DNA of 64,000 nt from Raillietiella orientalis (GCA_036172245.1 JAYWIR010000031.1:1736001-1800000), one strand, 5' to 3'; numbered from the stretch's first letter, positions 38,870 to 52,078 are shown. Numbers and translations: made by a program. Notes: a model not told the origin generated them from the sequence alone.

Positions 38870-40900
38870 CTACAGCTACGTGGTTCCTCACGGTGAGGGA
38901 AGGCTGCTCCCCACGGACCCTCTTGGAAAGATCAGGTGTTAAATGACTTCCTTCACACCGCACACTGGTACAGGTCGAAATCAGAACGTCCGTCTGACAT
39001 TTTTGGAAATCCCCTGACCCTGAGGAAAGGACGACCAGCAGCGGCGACTCTCGCGGTCCGCTCACTCGACGGTTGCAGACGCAGTGGTGGCGCGTGCCCT
39101 CCACGCGCAATGCGCGAACCGCCGCCTCGCTCCTTGCTTGGGAAACCGGTAACTGCGACCGGAAGTCTAGCATCCCCAGATTGACGCGTATCAGCCCTCG
39201 GGCGGAGCGCTCTTCAAGCCGGCACGCACGTGGGGCTTTCTCTGCGCTCGTCATCTGCCGGATTGGAAGAAGTTCCGCTTTCTTCCTCGGGCTCCCACTC
39301 GCCCCTGATTGGGACCGACCGACCACCTACTGCTTCTTGGCGCCTTGTGTGCTGCGAGGGTGCTCGCGTGACCTGCTGACCATGCTGGCGCAGAGGAAGT
39401 TGCGCGACAATAGCACCTCCAGAGATCTGGGACGGATGTCCACCCTCCGCAGGAACTGCTCGAGCGGAAGGAGTCCCAGGGAAACCGGGAGGACTTTCTC
39501 GCGATCCCGCTCGAACCCCTGAAACTTGTCTTCCAGGGGTCCTGAAAGCTCCCACCTCTGCTCGAGGGGCCGAACGATCTCCCGCCGCGATGCTAGTTCC
39601 GATTCCCGACACCCGCGGCTCTGGCTATCACGAGGCAGACTCAGGCTGGCGGGAAGCCTCGACAGACGAGGCCAAGTACCGGAATTTTTGTGACGGGAGC
39701 GCTCACGCAAGAGCTGGCGCTCCGGTCTGCCGAGAAGGGAAGCAGCGAGGGTCGGGAAAGCTACGCCATTCCGGTCCGTCCTGAAAGGCCCAAAGCGAAG
39801 CGTTCATTTACCGGTGGCGCTATTCCAGCTGCCGAGTCGCTGGTAGCCGTCGCCAGCGCTGCAAAAGGCGCACGCGAATCTCCCTTTAAGGTCCGCTGTG
39901 GAGCAAATCACCCTCCCCCTTGGGGTTGCCCCGAGGGAACACATCAGAAGACCCGCCGTCACGCTGGAAGAACCGATATCGGAGGAGCCACCTCGGAGCC
40001 CAGCGAAGACAGGGCTCCGGAGGAAAAGGGGGAGGAGTAACCGCATCCCCCTCCCTCCTTGCCTCCTTCGTGAAAGTGGCTTTCCTGGGAGTTCCTCTCA
40101 GGGGGCAGAAGTCGTGGGAGTGCTCAGTCGGTTCCCTGATGCTCCCGTGTAGTCCGGGTGGCTCGCGCGCCCACGGACGGCGGGATTTGCGGTAGGGGTG
40201 GCTGCTCTCCCTCTCCTCCTTCTCCCCCAATCCGCCCCTGCGAGCCGGTGACCTCCACCGGAGGGACGCGCGCGCGCGCACTCACGGGACGGGATCGATC
40301 GCATCTGCCGAGGAGAAACTCGACCAGCAGAATCAGCGCTTTGCATCTCCCTGCATCCGGGCGGGATGAAAGCCGCAGATCGCCCGGCGGCGAACAGCCT
40401 CCGCGAGACGACGGCAGCCGCCGGCGCTCCCCCGCGCGCGCGGAGCCGCGAAACTCGGCCTCTGCTCCCGAGAGGATGCTGCTGTCCCCATCCTCTGCTA
40501 GGCCTGTGGAATCTCCCGACGCGCAGTTCCAGCCGGGATTCCCTCCTCCCTTCTTCCCCATCGCAGTCGCTGATGTGCGTCCGGGGTCTCTCTTCGCTAG
40601 GCTGAGACGCTTCTTTCACGCTCGCAGCCTCCTGGACCTCCCGCAGCAGCTCTCTCGGGCGTGAAGACGTGTGAGGAGGGCGAAAACCCCATCCCAGGCA
40701 GAAGGTCTTCCGAGTTTCTTCTGCACTTTCTGGGTGGAGAGCTCGGGAGCTCCTTTCGAGAAGAGGGAGGGAAGAGTCCCGGGCGGTGCTGAGGAGCGCC
40801 GAGCTGGATCGGAAGCGGCGCTCCCCTCCAGGAGGAAGGTTGCGTCCTTGCGTTGTCTCCCTCGGTCGCCTCCCTTCGCGGGGTTCAGGGCGAGCAGGAA
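38870..40900 (-). mobile_element. DIRS-type element: GC-rich gag and start of RT, decayed
   Basis: Gag-like 'LASRREIVRPLEQ', RT-proximal 'AVGGRSVPIRGEW' (cf. PVGGRL..F...W), and 'EAAVRALRVEG..RESPLLVVLSSGSGDF' (cf. EV..LL.KG..FYS.LF.V.K..G). Confidence 0.55.
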
Positions 40901-41279
40901 GCCCCATGGCGAACGGGAAATCCACGAGCAGCCCACGCGGGGACGCGACTCCGTAGAGAAAAAGAGAAAAATCCAGATAGAAAAGAGAGAGAAAGAGAGA
41001 AATCCAAAGAGAAATCTCCTTCTCCCCCGTGGATTCTCCTCCCCGTGAGTCCGACGCACACCGCGGGCAACGTCGACTAGGCTCCCGCTCGCTGCCTCAC
41101 TTCCGCCTCCGGCAGGAGCGGACCGTCTCCCAAGGAGACCCTCGGGTCTTGGCAATTCGAGACCCCCATTCCCGTCCGTTCCTTCCTGCGTATTCGGCTT
41201 CATTCACGGCCCGGCAGAAGAACTTCCCACTTCGTTACGTTACGGGCAGGCCCTCGGCCCTCTCTGGCCCTCTGCGGAG

Positions 41280-43450
41280 TGCCGGCCGCTGTCTTTTCGT
41301 GCGGCCCGAAAGACGGAAGGACCTCGTGCTGTGTCTTCAAAGCAACTGCTGTCGTGGGGTATCTCCTCTTTTTCCCCATGCCCGGGGAAGCAATCGACGG
41401 CTACGCTTCGTTGGAGATGCCGGGCCCTCTCGCTCAGGTGCGCAAGCGTCTCCGTGGCTGCGCGGGGCGAACGTTCCCCCGAGGGATTGCCGCTTGCTCC
41501 CCCCTCCTGAGGCTGAGATGCATGGCGCGTGAGGGGCAGGTCACAGCCAATGCTTCCTCATGGTCCCACGGATGCGCTCCTCGCTCCCTTGAGAGCGAGT
41601 CACTCTTGGGCTCAAGCTGCGCATCTCGTGTCACAGTGCCCCACTCCATCTTCTCCGTTGAAGCGAAACGGTACCGCGTGTCCAGGCACCTCGCTTCCGG
41701 TCACAGCTGCCGCGGATCGGCGTGATTTTACTCTCTGCTTGGGAAAGAGGAAAATCTGCCGGGATGCCCGAACTGGGATCGTCTTGATGAACGTGCTGCT
41801 TCCATCCTGCGGCCGTCTCTGCCTAGGGTTACGGGTGACGTTGGCGGGAGCCATGAGAAACGGCAAAGTGACAGGCTTTCCTGCTTCCCGGAGATCCGTA
41901 GGCTTGTCACCCGGAGGATTTTGAGCCGAGGTGGTCGACTTGCAGCCCGCACACCGGATCTTCACCGAGTGCTGCACAAGAACACATCTCCGTCCCACTA
42001 GAGCTCTTCCGGAGCGCGGGCGCTGAGAGAGCTCTCGTGTCGAAGTAGGGTCATCATCGAAGAATATGCCTGGTCTCAACGCTACCGGTTATGTGACAGC
42101 GTGGGCTGAGAGAAAGGTTCGCAGATCCGCAGGGAGCACTCGTTGGTTTCCGGTAGTTCTTGGACCCGATCTTCCGCAAGGTGGTCACCATTGGATGCAG
42201 GTGCATTCCAAGATGCCTACCTTGTAACGCGGGAAAATACTCCCTTTTTATTTTTCCTTTCCTGCTTTCTTTGTGCATGCTGCATCTTTCCAAGCTTTCT
42301 GAGCAGCACCGTGCAGCTGTTGCGTCTTCGAAGCCGCAATGCGACCGAAGTGCGTGCGCGAAGGGATCAAAAGCACCATATCAGTCCTGTTCTGGATATT
42401 CTTCCATAGGGAGAGACTCCACTCTCTTCATGTCTTTCTTCATCACCTCAAATCCATGAACGTCATTAATCCTTTCGTGCACGGTCGGTTCAAGGAGGTA
42501 TCCCGTATACCCGTTATCCATATGGTTCTGGTATGCAGACCCGATGAGTGCAGCTCATCCGGATGCTGTTGGAACGAGGAACATGCAAACAAACGAACAG
42601 CCTTCACCATCTTCTCCTGTCGTGCTTTTCGGTCCGTCCATGCGACGAGTTTTGATCGTCGAGGATGTTCTATCGCGATGGCCCGTCCGGTCATTCCAGT
42701 GCGCATCCCGGTGGTGTGCAGTGTTCGAACACGCCATGTCCTTTCGGATGCGCCCCGGCTGTTCCCTTGCAGCTCCAACTTTCTCGGCACTCCTCAGTCG
42801 CTTGCCGGATCGCGGAGATCCCGCGGCGAAGGACCTCACCGCTGGCTCCAGTCCTCGACGCTGGTCCACTTTTTCGAGGCTGCCTTGCTCTTCTGGAGCC
42901 GTTCCTGAGTGCCCAAAGAGGCAAGAGACGTCCAGTAGGGCTTTTCCCCACGCTCTGGAGCACTAGGACAGGCCCGAGCTTCGAACCTGCCTTTGGAACG
43001 GGCTGATCGGAGACCACCAATGCCCTGCGTGCTTCAGGGTGGCCGTCCTGGTCGTCGCTCGACTCTTCGCGGTTACCGTCAGACTGCCGACGCTTCTGTC
43101 GGGGATGTGACTTTGCGATCTCTTCTCCCCTTCCGCATCCCCCGCACAAGCGATCGGCTCCGTCGCTGGAGGGAGGTGCCTGCACAGGCGAAAGGTTGGG
43201 TTGCTCCGCCGAGGCTGCTCGACGCAGGACACGCCTCCTTTCGATCCGAGGGTCACGGAGATGAGGAATGCCCAGAGATGCCTTGCGTCGAGTGCTGCGC
43301 AGGCTGTGGGTGACCTTCCGCGCATGCTCGTCGAAAGTCACCAGAGGTGCTCCTGGGCGCTTCTCTCTGGGACATGCGTTCCCCCCTTATTCGTCCGGAT
43401 GCTTGGCTTGCCATCGTGTTGAACTGCATTCAATTGTACAGCTCGCATGC
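41280..43450 (+). mobile_element. DIRS-type element: RT-RNase H-methyltransferase remnant
   Basis: 'EAIDGYASL', 'FYSLL' (41726-41740), 'RIFTEC' (41955-41972; cf. APRVFTK), 'GCCWNEEH' (cf. G.WS..E) and 'GHAFPPY' (43370-43390; DIRS MT-like AFPP motif), in order. Confidence 0.6.
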
Positions 43451-45332
43451 TCTTGGTGCAACCACTCCGGGCTTTTCTTCTTTCCGCTTCAGACGAGACA
43501 TCAACTACGTCCTTTCGCGGTGCAGTTTCCGGAAGGGACAGACGTGGAGCGCAGTTTCGTTCTTGCGCATTCACACCAAAGGGGCCGGAAATGAGGGTTC
43601 AAAGATCACCCGAAGATCATTTGATTCACACTCTCACGTGACGTCACGGAAGCGACAACTCTCGAGCGGAAACTCCGAAGGGCAGACAAGACTTTTGCAT
43701 TGCCTGCGAGGTGCAAACATCCTCGAGTGAAATATGAGTGCTACTCACAAGGTGCCCACGGAAGTTGCTTGCTTGCGAAGCGACTAACGAGATTCCGCGG
43801 GATATCTGGGAGGGGGGGGAAAGGGAAAAAAAGCATCCTCAAGTGCTTCGTAGATCATTCGTTGTGAACGTCGCCGTAGTCGGTGGATGGAAGTAGGTAA
43901 ACGAAAAATAACAGGCAGGAGGAGAAATGGTGTTTTTCAGTTTCCTCTATGGCAGAGCCACCCCTTTTCCCGCTGTGGCTGTTCCCTTTGACGTAATAGG
44001 ACCCCTTGTTCGAATCCACACTTCTAGAGCAATAGGTTTACCTTCGTTGTGTGTGTCATCTTTGCTGCTTGCATGGCTGCACAGCTCGTCTGTGCTCATC
44101 TGTCCCTCATGCGTGTGTCTACAGGCACTTGCATTGTGTTGAGGAGAGGTTCTAGAAGGCGTACACTCTTCGACGTCATTCGAGGGTCGAGAGAACCAGA
44201 GGCAAAAGTAGTCAGCAAGATCGGATCGGCAGCCGAATGCGGGGAAGAAATTCCCACAATTCCACTTCCCTTGTTTTTACAGCGATGCCTCGCTTGACAC
44301 CTTAGAGGTAATGAGTGTCAGTAGGGACGAGTGGAAGGGGCTCCAGGAAGCATGCGCAGGACCATCCTACCATGTCATCGTTGCAGAGCTCTTGAGTCAT
44401 TTGGAAATCTAGAATAGTCCATTCGGGTGATGCATGTTTAACATATGTAAGTTAAAAACAGTGTATTGTTTTAACTCCATATAGCCATAAAACAGGTACA
44501 GCAAGTGCATATATGGGAGAAAAGCGGCAACAGCATGCATGAAACAGAGAGGTGCATGGGCCTGGGTTGCGTACATGTACACATGAGATTTTTTAACCAA
44601 TTCCACTTACAAGGTGTTGCAGATGGTGATAGGGCTTGCGTATTTTTGACGCAGTTTTTTCAAGATGTTTGCCATATACATGTGCACGGAGTTTATATAA
44701 AATGCGCAGATATACCCACAGGCATCTTTATACAGTGTTTTCAAAAGCATGCGTGTGCTCACACGGAAGTTGTGAAATTCCAGGGGGAAAAAAAGACACT
44801 AAAGCCAATGATGAATGTACTCGAAATTTTGAATCAGCATCGAAAAATCTTGCAGGCCGCTCATCCCTAACCCACGCTTGAGAACGACGGCAAAAATTTG
44901 TGCTACCAGTTTCTTACAAGGCCATCATATTTCGCGATGAAGTCATTTTGGTGGTGGATTTGTTCTGTACCCGATTAACAGTTCAAAAAAAAGATGTACC
45001 TCTAGGTTCAAGCATGAGGTCAGCCATTTGTTGCATTATTTTGTATTCGCTGCAATTCCCCAAGTTATTACAGCGCAGTGTTCGAATCCGATCTCTGAAA
45101 CCTAGAGTGAAAATCGCTCAAGAAATTCCGATTCCTCGAGATGACTCCTTCGGAGACGCAATAGCATCTTGTTTTCTCCGTGTTTACGATAATCAAACAG
45201 AAATGTCGGGTCAGATCCCCTTCACGAGATGGCTAAGGCTAGATGCTGATCCTTTTAAAAAGAACCTTCGCGTCACCATGACCACGAGAGGGTGAGAAAT
45301 CCTTTTCCTCTAGGTTAGAGTGCAAGGATCTA

Positions 45333-45376
45333 TGGTCTGACCACGAAAAATTCCTCGTCATTTCGTGGTCAGACCA
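45333..45376. repeat. Perfect 16-bp inverted repeat (hairpin)
   Basis: TGGTCTGACCACGAAA-(12 nt)-TTTCGTGGTCAGACCA, followed immediately by a direct repeat GGTCAGACC. Confidence 0.95.
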
Positions 45377-47869
45377 GGTCAGACCGTGGTAGACGGGAAT
45401 CAGTTTTCCTGGAATATGAACATCCAGCTAAGTCGCAGGAAAGAATCAAAGAGATTCCAAGAAAGAAAGCCCTTAAGGCATGGGCTTTTGGGCGGAAACA
45501 CGCACGATTTCCGGATGACCTCCTCCTTACCTTGTTATCTGCCAAGCTAGAACTACATGGACTCCTTATATAAGAGTGTCACGTTGCAATGAGCATCGGG
45601 ACTCTTCAAATCATTTGTTGCCGTGAATCCAGGAATTGGAGAGAGCCTTCTCCGAATACTTATTCAGAAACACTTCTTCCACCGAATATTAGAATGACTT
45701 TTGATTGGATTTCCTCCATTAATTTAAGAAATCATTCAAGGTGTTCGCATTATTCAGTTACAGACGAAGCACGAATCAAAACCAAATGACATGCAGAAAC
45801 AAATTCCTGTGATTATTGTTCTGAGCTATTTATCTTACGAGTAGCTCTTTCATCCAAGAGCATTTTTTTTTTTTTTTTTTTTCTAATCTGCGTACTTTTC
45901 GAGCTTTCACGAATGCGGAAACGAATCTCACTCACTGGCATATTCGTCTGGTGCCTCTAAGATCTTCCCGCTTGATGGACTCGGAAAAAGATTTTGGACC
46001 AGACACCTTCTTTCTGCTTCGGAGCCGAATGGGATGATGAGTTTCATGAACGTCTAGGACGACTGAAGCTGTTTTGCACCCGTAAAATGGTTTCCATACT
46101 TGCAGCAGGATGCTGAAAAGCAGGCTGCTTTCCAGCATATCATTCAAAAGGGATGGTGAGGATGAATGCTTTCGTTTTCAGTGTTACCAAGCTTCACAGA
46201 AGTAATTCCTCTTGGCTGTCATTCTAGGTGTACAGTATTCCAAAATTTTCCCCGGTGAACTGGGAGCGATAAAATGTCGGTTCATTTTTGGGTGCCGTTT
46301 ACTATAGTCGCTACTCGTTACTGCCGATTATTAATCAGAGAGATGCGGTATTCAAAATTACTTTTCAAAAATTAAGGAGGGTGCAAGGGTAGAGTTATCG
46401 TGATGCTGGCTACCAAACCACGATCAGGGAAATCACTGTCCTGTGCTAATGAAAGGTCATATGGTCAGACTTTGACACGCTCGGGTTTCGTTCTGATACG
46501 GCGAATGTGTAGGATATGAGTCTGGGGAATCTTCCTATATATCGATGTACACGAACTTTTCGTACTCACCTCTTCGCAAGGATCGAATGCCGCTGATAGG
46601 AGCAAACAGCAAACAACAGTTTAACAGCGAACGCACAATTTCCGGTCCCTCTTCAGCATCTTTAAAGCACGAGGAGCTTGATATCAAGGGTTCCACAACA
46701 GCAGTTGAAAAGAGAACCAACCAGGAGTTTCAGGTTAGCTTTGATTATTCGAAAGGGCAGTGAGTTACTAAATCGGACCAATTTTGAGTATCCTCCAACT
46801 CTTCAGCCACTGAAGAGATGGCAATCTCATTGTTCTGGTGCCAGTCATCTGGCAAGGGCTTCTCGAATCCATCCCAAGAGACCAAACACGTGGTTACTCG
46901 TCCTAAATCGGAGTGCTTATGAGTTATGCATATATCATTTGCAACTCTTTAAACAACGAACGAACTAGAAATAAGACACCAGGTGAGCACTAAGGAAGCC
47001 GGGAGATTCGGTTTTCTGGGAATTTTCAAAAGATGCACCGTCGCGGAAAAAAAAAAATAAAATGAAAATAAGATTCAGCATTCCTTGTGCTTCATCACGA
47101 GAGGTCGCACTGATTTTGCCGACAATCCCAGGAATGGGTTTGCCGTTCGTGAGCACTTTGAGCTCACAATCAGCAGCTCTTTTTGCACTCAAGGATGTGC
47201 AAGGATTTTCCGAAAATCCTTGCGTGCATAAAGACCATTTAGGAGAACTTCAGAGTTCCTTTATTCTGTCGTGGCCTCAGGGCATCCAAATTTATTTCGG
47301 GAGATTTCAGAGAAAGTTTTTCGGACAACAGGGTCGAAAATCTTGCAAACGAAATCAAATTTCCACTTCCGTGAAGCTCCCAACCCTCCATTCAATAAGA
47401 GTCCCCAGTTATCCTACAAGGAACCCTCCTTCGCCTAGCTATCGCTCCCAGCAGTGGAGTCAGATTTCACGGCTTGCATGCCGCCACAGAGATTTCCTGG
47501 ACCACAGCAACGCAAGTGACTGCAGCTAGCAGACTCAAACTTTCTAACAGTATTTGCCCATCATTTCGAGAGCGGGGAACGAACGTACGGCCCGCAAGAA
47601 ATCCAAATGTTTTCGCGGGCATGAAACGTCACAGATTCGAGCCATTCGGAGCTCCTGCTGCGTTGCGAAGCGTTGATTGCTTTCGACCCGACTGTTGATT
47701 GAACTTTCATTTAATTATGCTTAAAAATCCCGAAATCTATTGGGGAGAAAGACTTGGAAAGGAAAAAGTGTTCCTGAGAAAACTGGAGGGGTCACAGTTG
47801 CTTTTAAACTCATAGGAAATTAGTTAACGAGTGGTGTGCCAGCAGCTTTCTGCTAGGTATGATAATTCT

Positions 47870-49590
47870 TGACTACATCAAGTGTGGTCAAGAACCCTTC
47901 TGCAAAGCACCATGGCGCTTTGCACAAGGGCAGGTGCGGCTGCCCAGTAAGCGGAACACAAATGCTGCTTTCTAAGTTTCCTAATCTAAGATCTTGTTGT
48001 TTAAATGGAAACGCTGTTATTCAAGAAGCTGCACACCAATGGGGTGTGGAAGGTGGTTGTGGTTGCGGCGGAGCAGATTGCAGCACTTCCCCGTCCTTCT
48101 TATAAAAGTCTCCTCCAACACTTCTCACAGTTGCTTCGAACGTTATGACCTGCCTACAGAAGACGTCGTGACTTTAAAAAATAAGCTTTCAGCCAGGTGT
48201 GGGCGTTAACAGACTTCGCGATAGCTTGAGAGAGTTCCCAATAGCAGGAGACTACTCGTGCGGTTCCTATCTATCAGAGAGCAGTCAAAGGCTTTCTCCG
48301 TTGTTGGAAGAGTTTTGGGATAATCATACTATATCAAAGATCCTGATGAAGTATGATTACAATTAAAGGTTTCCAAAACCATTATCACGGACATCATTAG
48401 AGAAGCTCATCAAGCGGAAAACGGCGACTCACAGAGCTACATTCATCCAGGCGTGGGTGCTCACGAGAGTGGTGTTGTTAGATGTGTGGAACCTCGGAGA
48501 ACTGACACCGCTGCAGAACTGTTGCTGTGTCGTCGTTGTCCAAAGATGCTCGAAAGTGCGACCGGAGAAATCGCGACGGAATCCTGACGTTCGCCACCTT
48601 CGCTCTCGGGACTGGGAACACTGCCACGGTTTCGGTCTACGGTTTTCATGCAGATGACTCATGTCAGAAAGCACCGAGACCTCATCTCGTGAACTGGAGC
48701 TTTCGCCCCAAGACGGATGTCGCAGGCTCTTCCTGATCTACTCAATCAATGCATCAGTTTTCCATTTCCCAATTTTGATTTGCGGCGTATCTTCTGAAAA
48801 TCCCCGGGAATAGCAAGCATTCTGGGCCCCGAAAGTCATCTTCGCAAGATGGTTTACCCTATGGAACAGGATGGGCAGCTTCGAGAACGCGCGAAATGCA
48901 ACAACGATGCTTGCCTGTTGGATCCAGACTGTAAAACTGGCTCAGGATCTGTGTTGGATGCATCGGAGTATGCCAGTTGGACGCGAGACCTCAGTAACCT
49001 GAGGCTTTGAATCTTCGAGTGGAAATCAGCTGGCCAAATCCATGCAAGTGGAAGCATGTGTTCCTCCGCCACAAAACGGTGGTCCTTGGGCATGTCTGTA
49101 GGGGCACCAGCGGGAATAGCAATCCTGTTCGCTTTTCACCCAGCAAGACACGTCCAGATAGGCGTCCTGATTTATTGCCACAGGTTTTTCTGATCAGAAG
49201 AGAGTTTCAAAATTTATAGAGTTCAAGAAAACTCGACACATAGCCTGCGACTGATATAATGAGACGTCTACAGATGCTCAAATGAAGCCCCTGGAACTGA
49301 CGCTCGATGCTAAAATACAAATATGCTGTGGACGGCAGTAGAGGGCATTGCAAGTAATTCAGGCATAATTCAAGCGTATATTCCTAATTTATCCTCGTGG
49401 AGGTCATGTCCTATGACTTATTATTGGCTGCTACATTTGGGATACCGTGTTTCCTGGAGGAGCTTGGGAGAATTTCCGTTTTTGTCGCAGTATGGATCCA
49501 TCTTTCATTGTAGAATAATTACCAGCTGGATGGTTGGTGGTGGTGAGCTAAGGTGGCTGAACACTTTGATTGCAATCCCCTCGTGACGTG
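47870..49590 (+). mobile_element. BEL/Pao integrase remnant
   Basis: 'IIREAH', 'CVVVVQRCSK', 'ELELSPQDGCRRLFL' (cf. HLELV.D....FL), 'ISWPNPCKW', 'LLPQVFLI' (cf. LTP.HFLIG) and 'CRIITSWMVGGGELR' (cf. GRI....DG.VR). Confidence 0.55.
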
Positions 49591-51124
49591 AGATGGTCAA
49601 ATGAATCCTTGATCTCGTTAGAGCAAGTTGATGTGAGTTGACGTTGGGGAGTTCAATTATTTAGTAAGTTTCATGTCCTATAAAGAGTTTTAAGAGTAGT
49701 TTGGTGGAATCGGTAGTACGGCGGACCAACTGGGTCGGTTCGGAATGAGTCTGTCAGTGACCACATTAATATTGCACTTGACAGAGTGTTTCTTTATAGC
49801 AGCACGGCAGACAGAAGGGGGAAAAAATGCACCAAAAAACATCTTCAGTATCAAATAACCGTTGAAATTTTATCCTGCATGTCATGTCATTCAAGCCTCC
49901 CGTAAATGGGAGTCCGAAGGAAGCATTATCAGGTTCTGTAATGTCACTTTCCATCAGAAAGCCTGATAGGGTAGTCATCATCCGTGCTGGGAAAATTTTC
50001 ATCACTACTCAATGCGTTGTTCATCCTATGAAGCTCTAGTAATGTATGGACACTTCCTGAAACAGCTGAATTTGATAATTCAACTGTTTCAGGATGGACG
50101 TCCGCCAAGGTTACTAACCACCGTAATAGCAATGGGCACAGTACGGAAAAAAAGCAGGGACAGCTGGACTTCAGTATAGTAATGATGGCCTGAACATTAT
50201 TCGACTCTTGCGTTGTGGAATGTAACCTAAGACCTCAGCCATGCAGCATCACATGGTCAACTATGGTCTACTGATTCGGAATCGTGATTTGAAGAACATC
50301 AGCAGGTTCAGCATTGAGTGTTTATTCGCACAAGTGTAGGGCTTTCCCAGATGCTAAGACTGTTTATTTGCAGAATGCTAACTTTCCACATCCAGAAAGA
50401 TCTTCTGGATCTGAACGGCACTCCGGCAACTGCTAGTAAGCAATCCGTTCGTTTTTGTTCACTTAGTACCAACTCTATGAACTCCCCGTCAAGAATTTCA
50501 AAAGCAAATTGTCACAAAAGTATCTCTATACCAGAAAAAGGAAAGAGCAGCTAAAGTTTTTAAAAAGCCCTTTCGGAGCGGAAAAGTTTTTTCCTTCCAG
50601 CACACAATTTGCCTGCGGCAGTAAAGAATTCGAAACAAAATGGTGCTTGCAGGTAGGGGCCATGCATTGCAGAGGTGGATCTGTTTGCTTCAGACCACTC
50701 TATAAGTTGCTCGCTTCCACCAAGAGGTATAAAAGCTTTGGGTGTATTTCTGTAAGCACATACGTTATTGTTTTGTTCCTGAAGCAATACCACCACGTGG
50801 GGTTTGCTTCGAAAGACAGGAATCGAAAAAAGTTCAAGGAAGGAGGGACGTGTTTGCTTTCCGTGTACGAATCTTGGCGTGAAATCCGATGCGACACACA
50901 ATGCTGTTCTTCAAATTGACAGAATTTCGTTTCAAAACGCGGTACCAGTAATGAGAGAAATCTGGCAACACTGAATTCTTCTAGCACACTGGATCTTGAA
51001 GAAGAACAAAGAACTTTCCTCTCGACGTTCACCTTCGAGAGTGCTTATTCACTTTCGATTGCAAAAGTTTTTGCTCCCTCCTTGTGGTATGGTTATGGAG
51101 ATGCTTTGGTTTCTGCTGCTGTAC

Positions 51125-51554
51125 ACTTCTGGGATCTGATGAAGGTCGCGTCGGGCGCCGTAACCCAACGTTTGGTCCATCCCACAGAGCCAGTTCTGCT
51201 TACCAAAATTGGCCCACTGGGCTCTCATGGATCCGACAGTCCGAGCTTCAGCTTTCAAGCAAGCCGGGCTTCTCACCCATTTGAAGTTTGAGGATAGGTC
51301 GAGGTCATTTAGGCCCCAAGGCCTCCGATCATTCGCTTTGCCGGACGAGACTCCGTCCTTTTTCCTCTCCAGCGAGCGCCAGCTGTCCTGAGGGAAACTT
51401 CGAAGGGAACCAGCTACTAGATGGTTCGATTCGTCTTTCGCCCCCATACCCAGCTCTTGCGACCAATGCGCACGTCAGGATCGCTGCGGGCCTCCACCAG
51501 AGTTTCCTCTGGCTTCGTCCTGGCCAGGCATAGTTCACCATCTTTCGGGTCCCA
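51125..51554 (-). rRNA. 28S: 28S (LSU) rRNA fragment, ~430 bp, dispersed probable pseudogene
   Basis: The plus strand carries the reverse complement of conserved LSU blocks: CCAGTTCTGCTTACCAAAA.TGGCCCACT, TCCTGAGGGAAACTTCG.AGGGAACCAGCTACTAGATGGTTCGATT, CCTCCACCAGAGTTTCCTCTGGCTTCG and GGCATAGTTCACCATCTTTCGGGTCC. The flanks are not rDNA. Confidence 0.92.
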
Positions 51555-51927
51555 CTTGGAATACCAGGAAGTGAGCTTTGTACACACAGCACGAATTCTT
51601 ACTCGAACTGTGAACGAGTCACTTTTGTTACAATTAGGGCACTTTGGGGGATCGAACTTACTACCGAGGAGGAATCATTCTGAACGTGCATTGATTAATC
51701 CTCAAGCTCTTCGTGTGCGAAATCTCTTAAAGCGTCCGAAGAGATGGTCACAGTTTCGATTTTTGAAAGATTTTCTTGTAAAGAGCAAGCTGTGTGTGAG
51801 CGGGAAAACACTGTAGATTCTGTTTCAACTTGCACTCCTCATGATCAATGAAATTCAATTATGATTGCTTTCACAAAGAAGATCCGGAAACTTCAGTTCA
51901 TTATGAAAAACGATAATCTTCTTTTAG

Positions 51928-52078
51928 GGTACGGCAATCTAACTCCTAAGACCAAGTTAGGAAAGGTCGCTACGATTTTGTACGCATTAATCGGAATCCC
52001 TCTGATGCTTTTATACTTAACGAATCTGGGGGACATCCTGGGAAAATTCTTCAGATACGTCTATGCGACAGCATGCAG
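51928..52078 (+). CDS. K2P channel, coding exon 2
   Basis: Encodes '(G)[49 protein letters not shown]' (filter 1 plus M2). Phase-1 acceptor TTTTAG|GG; phase-2 donor AG|GTAGTG. Confidence 0.95.

Larger units (their letters stand above)
17679..51927 (+). other. Intron 1 of the K2P gene (34,249 bp, GT-AG), filled with TE remnants
   Basis: Joining ...ACG ATC G to GG TAC GGC AAT restores [12 protein letters not shown]. The acceptor is TCTTCTTTTAG. Confidence 0.85.

Noticed and set aside
39073..41725. Dense cluster of 100-275 aa ORFs on both strands
   Set aside because: These are Arg/Pro/Ser/Gly-rich products of GC-rich DIRS-derived DNA, where stop codons are rare.
49766..50132. Polinton/Maverick polB remnant ('VTLADVH', 'GFLMESDITEP')
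   Set aside because: The motif spacing is much shorter than in polB and no further motifs are present. Too weak without a search.
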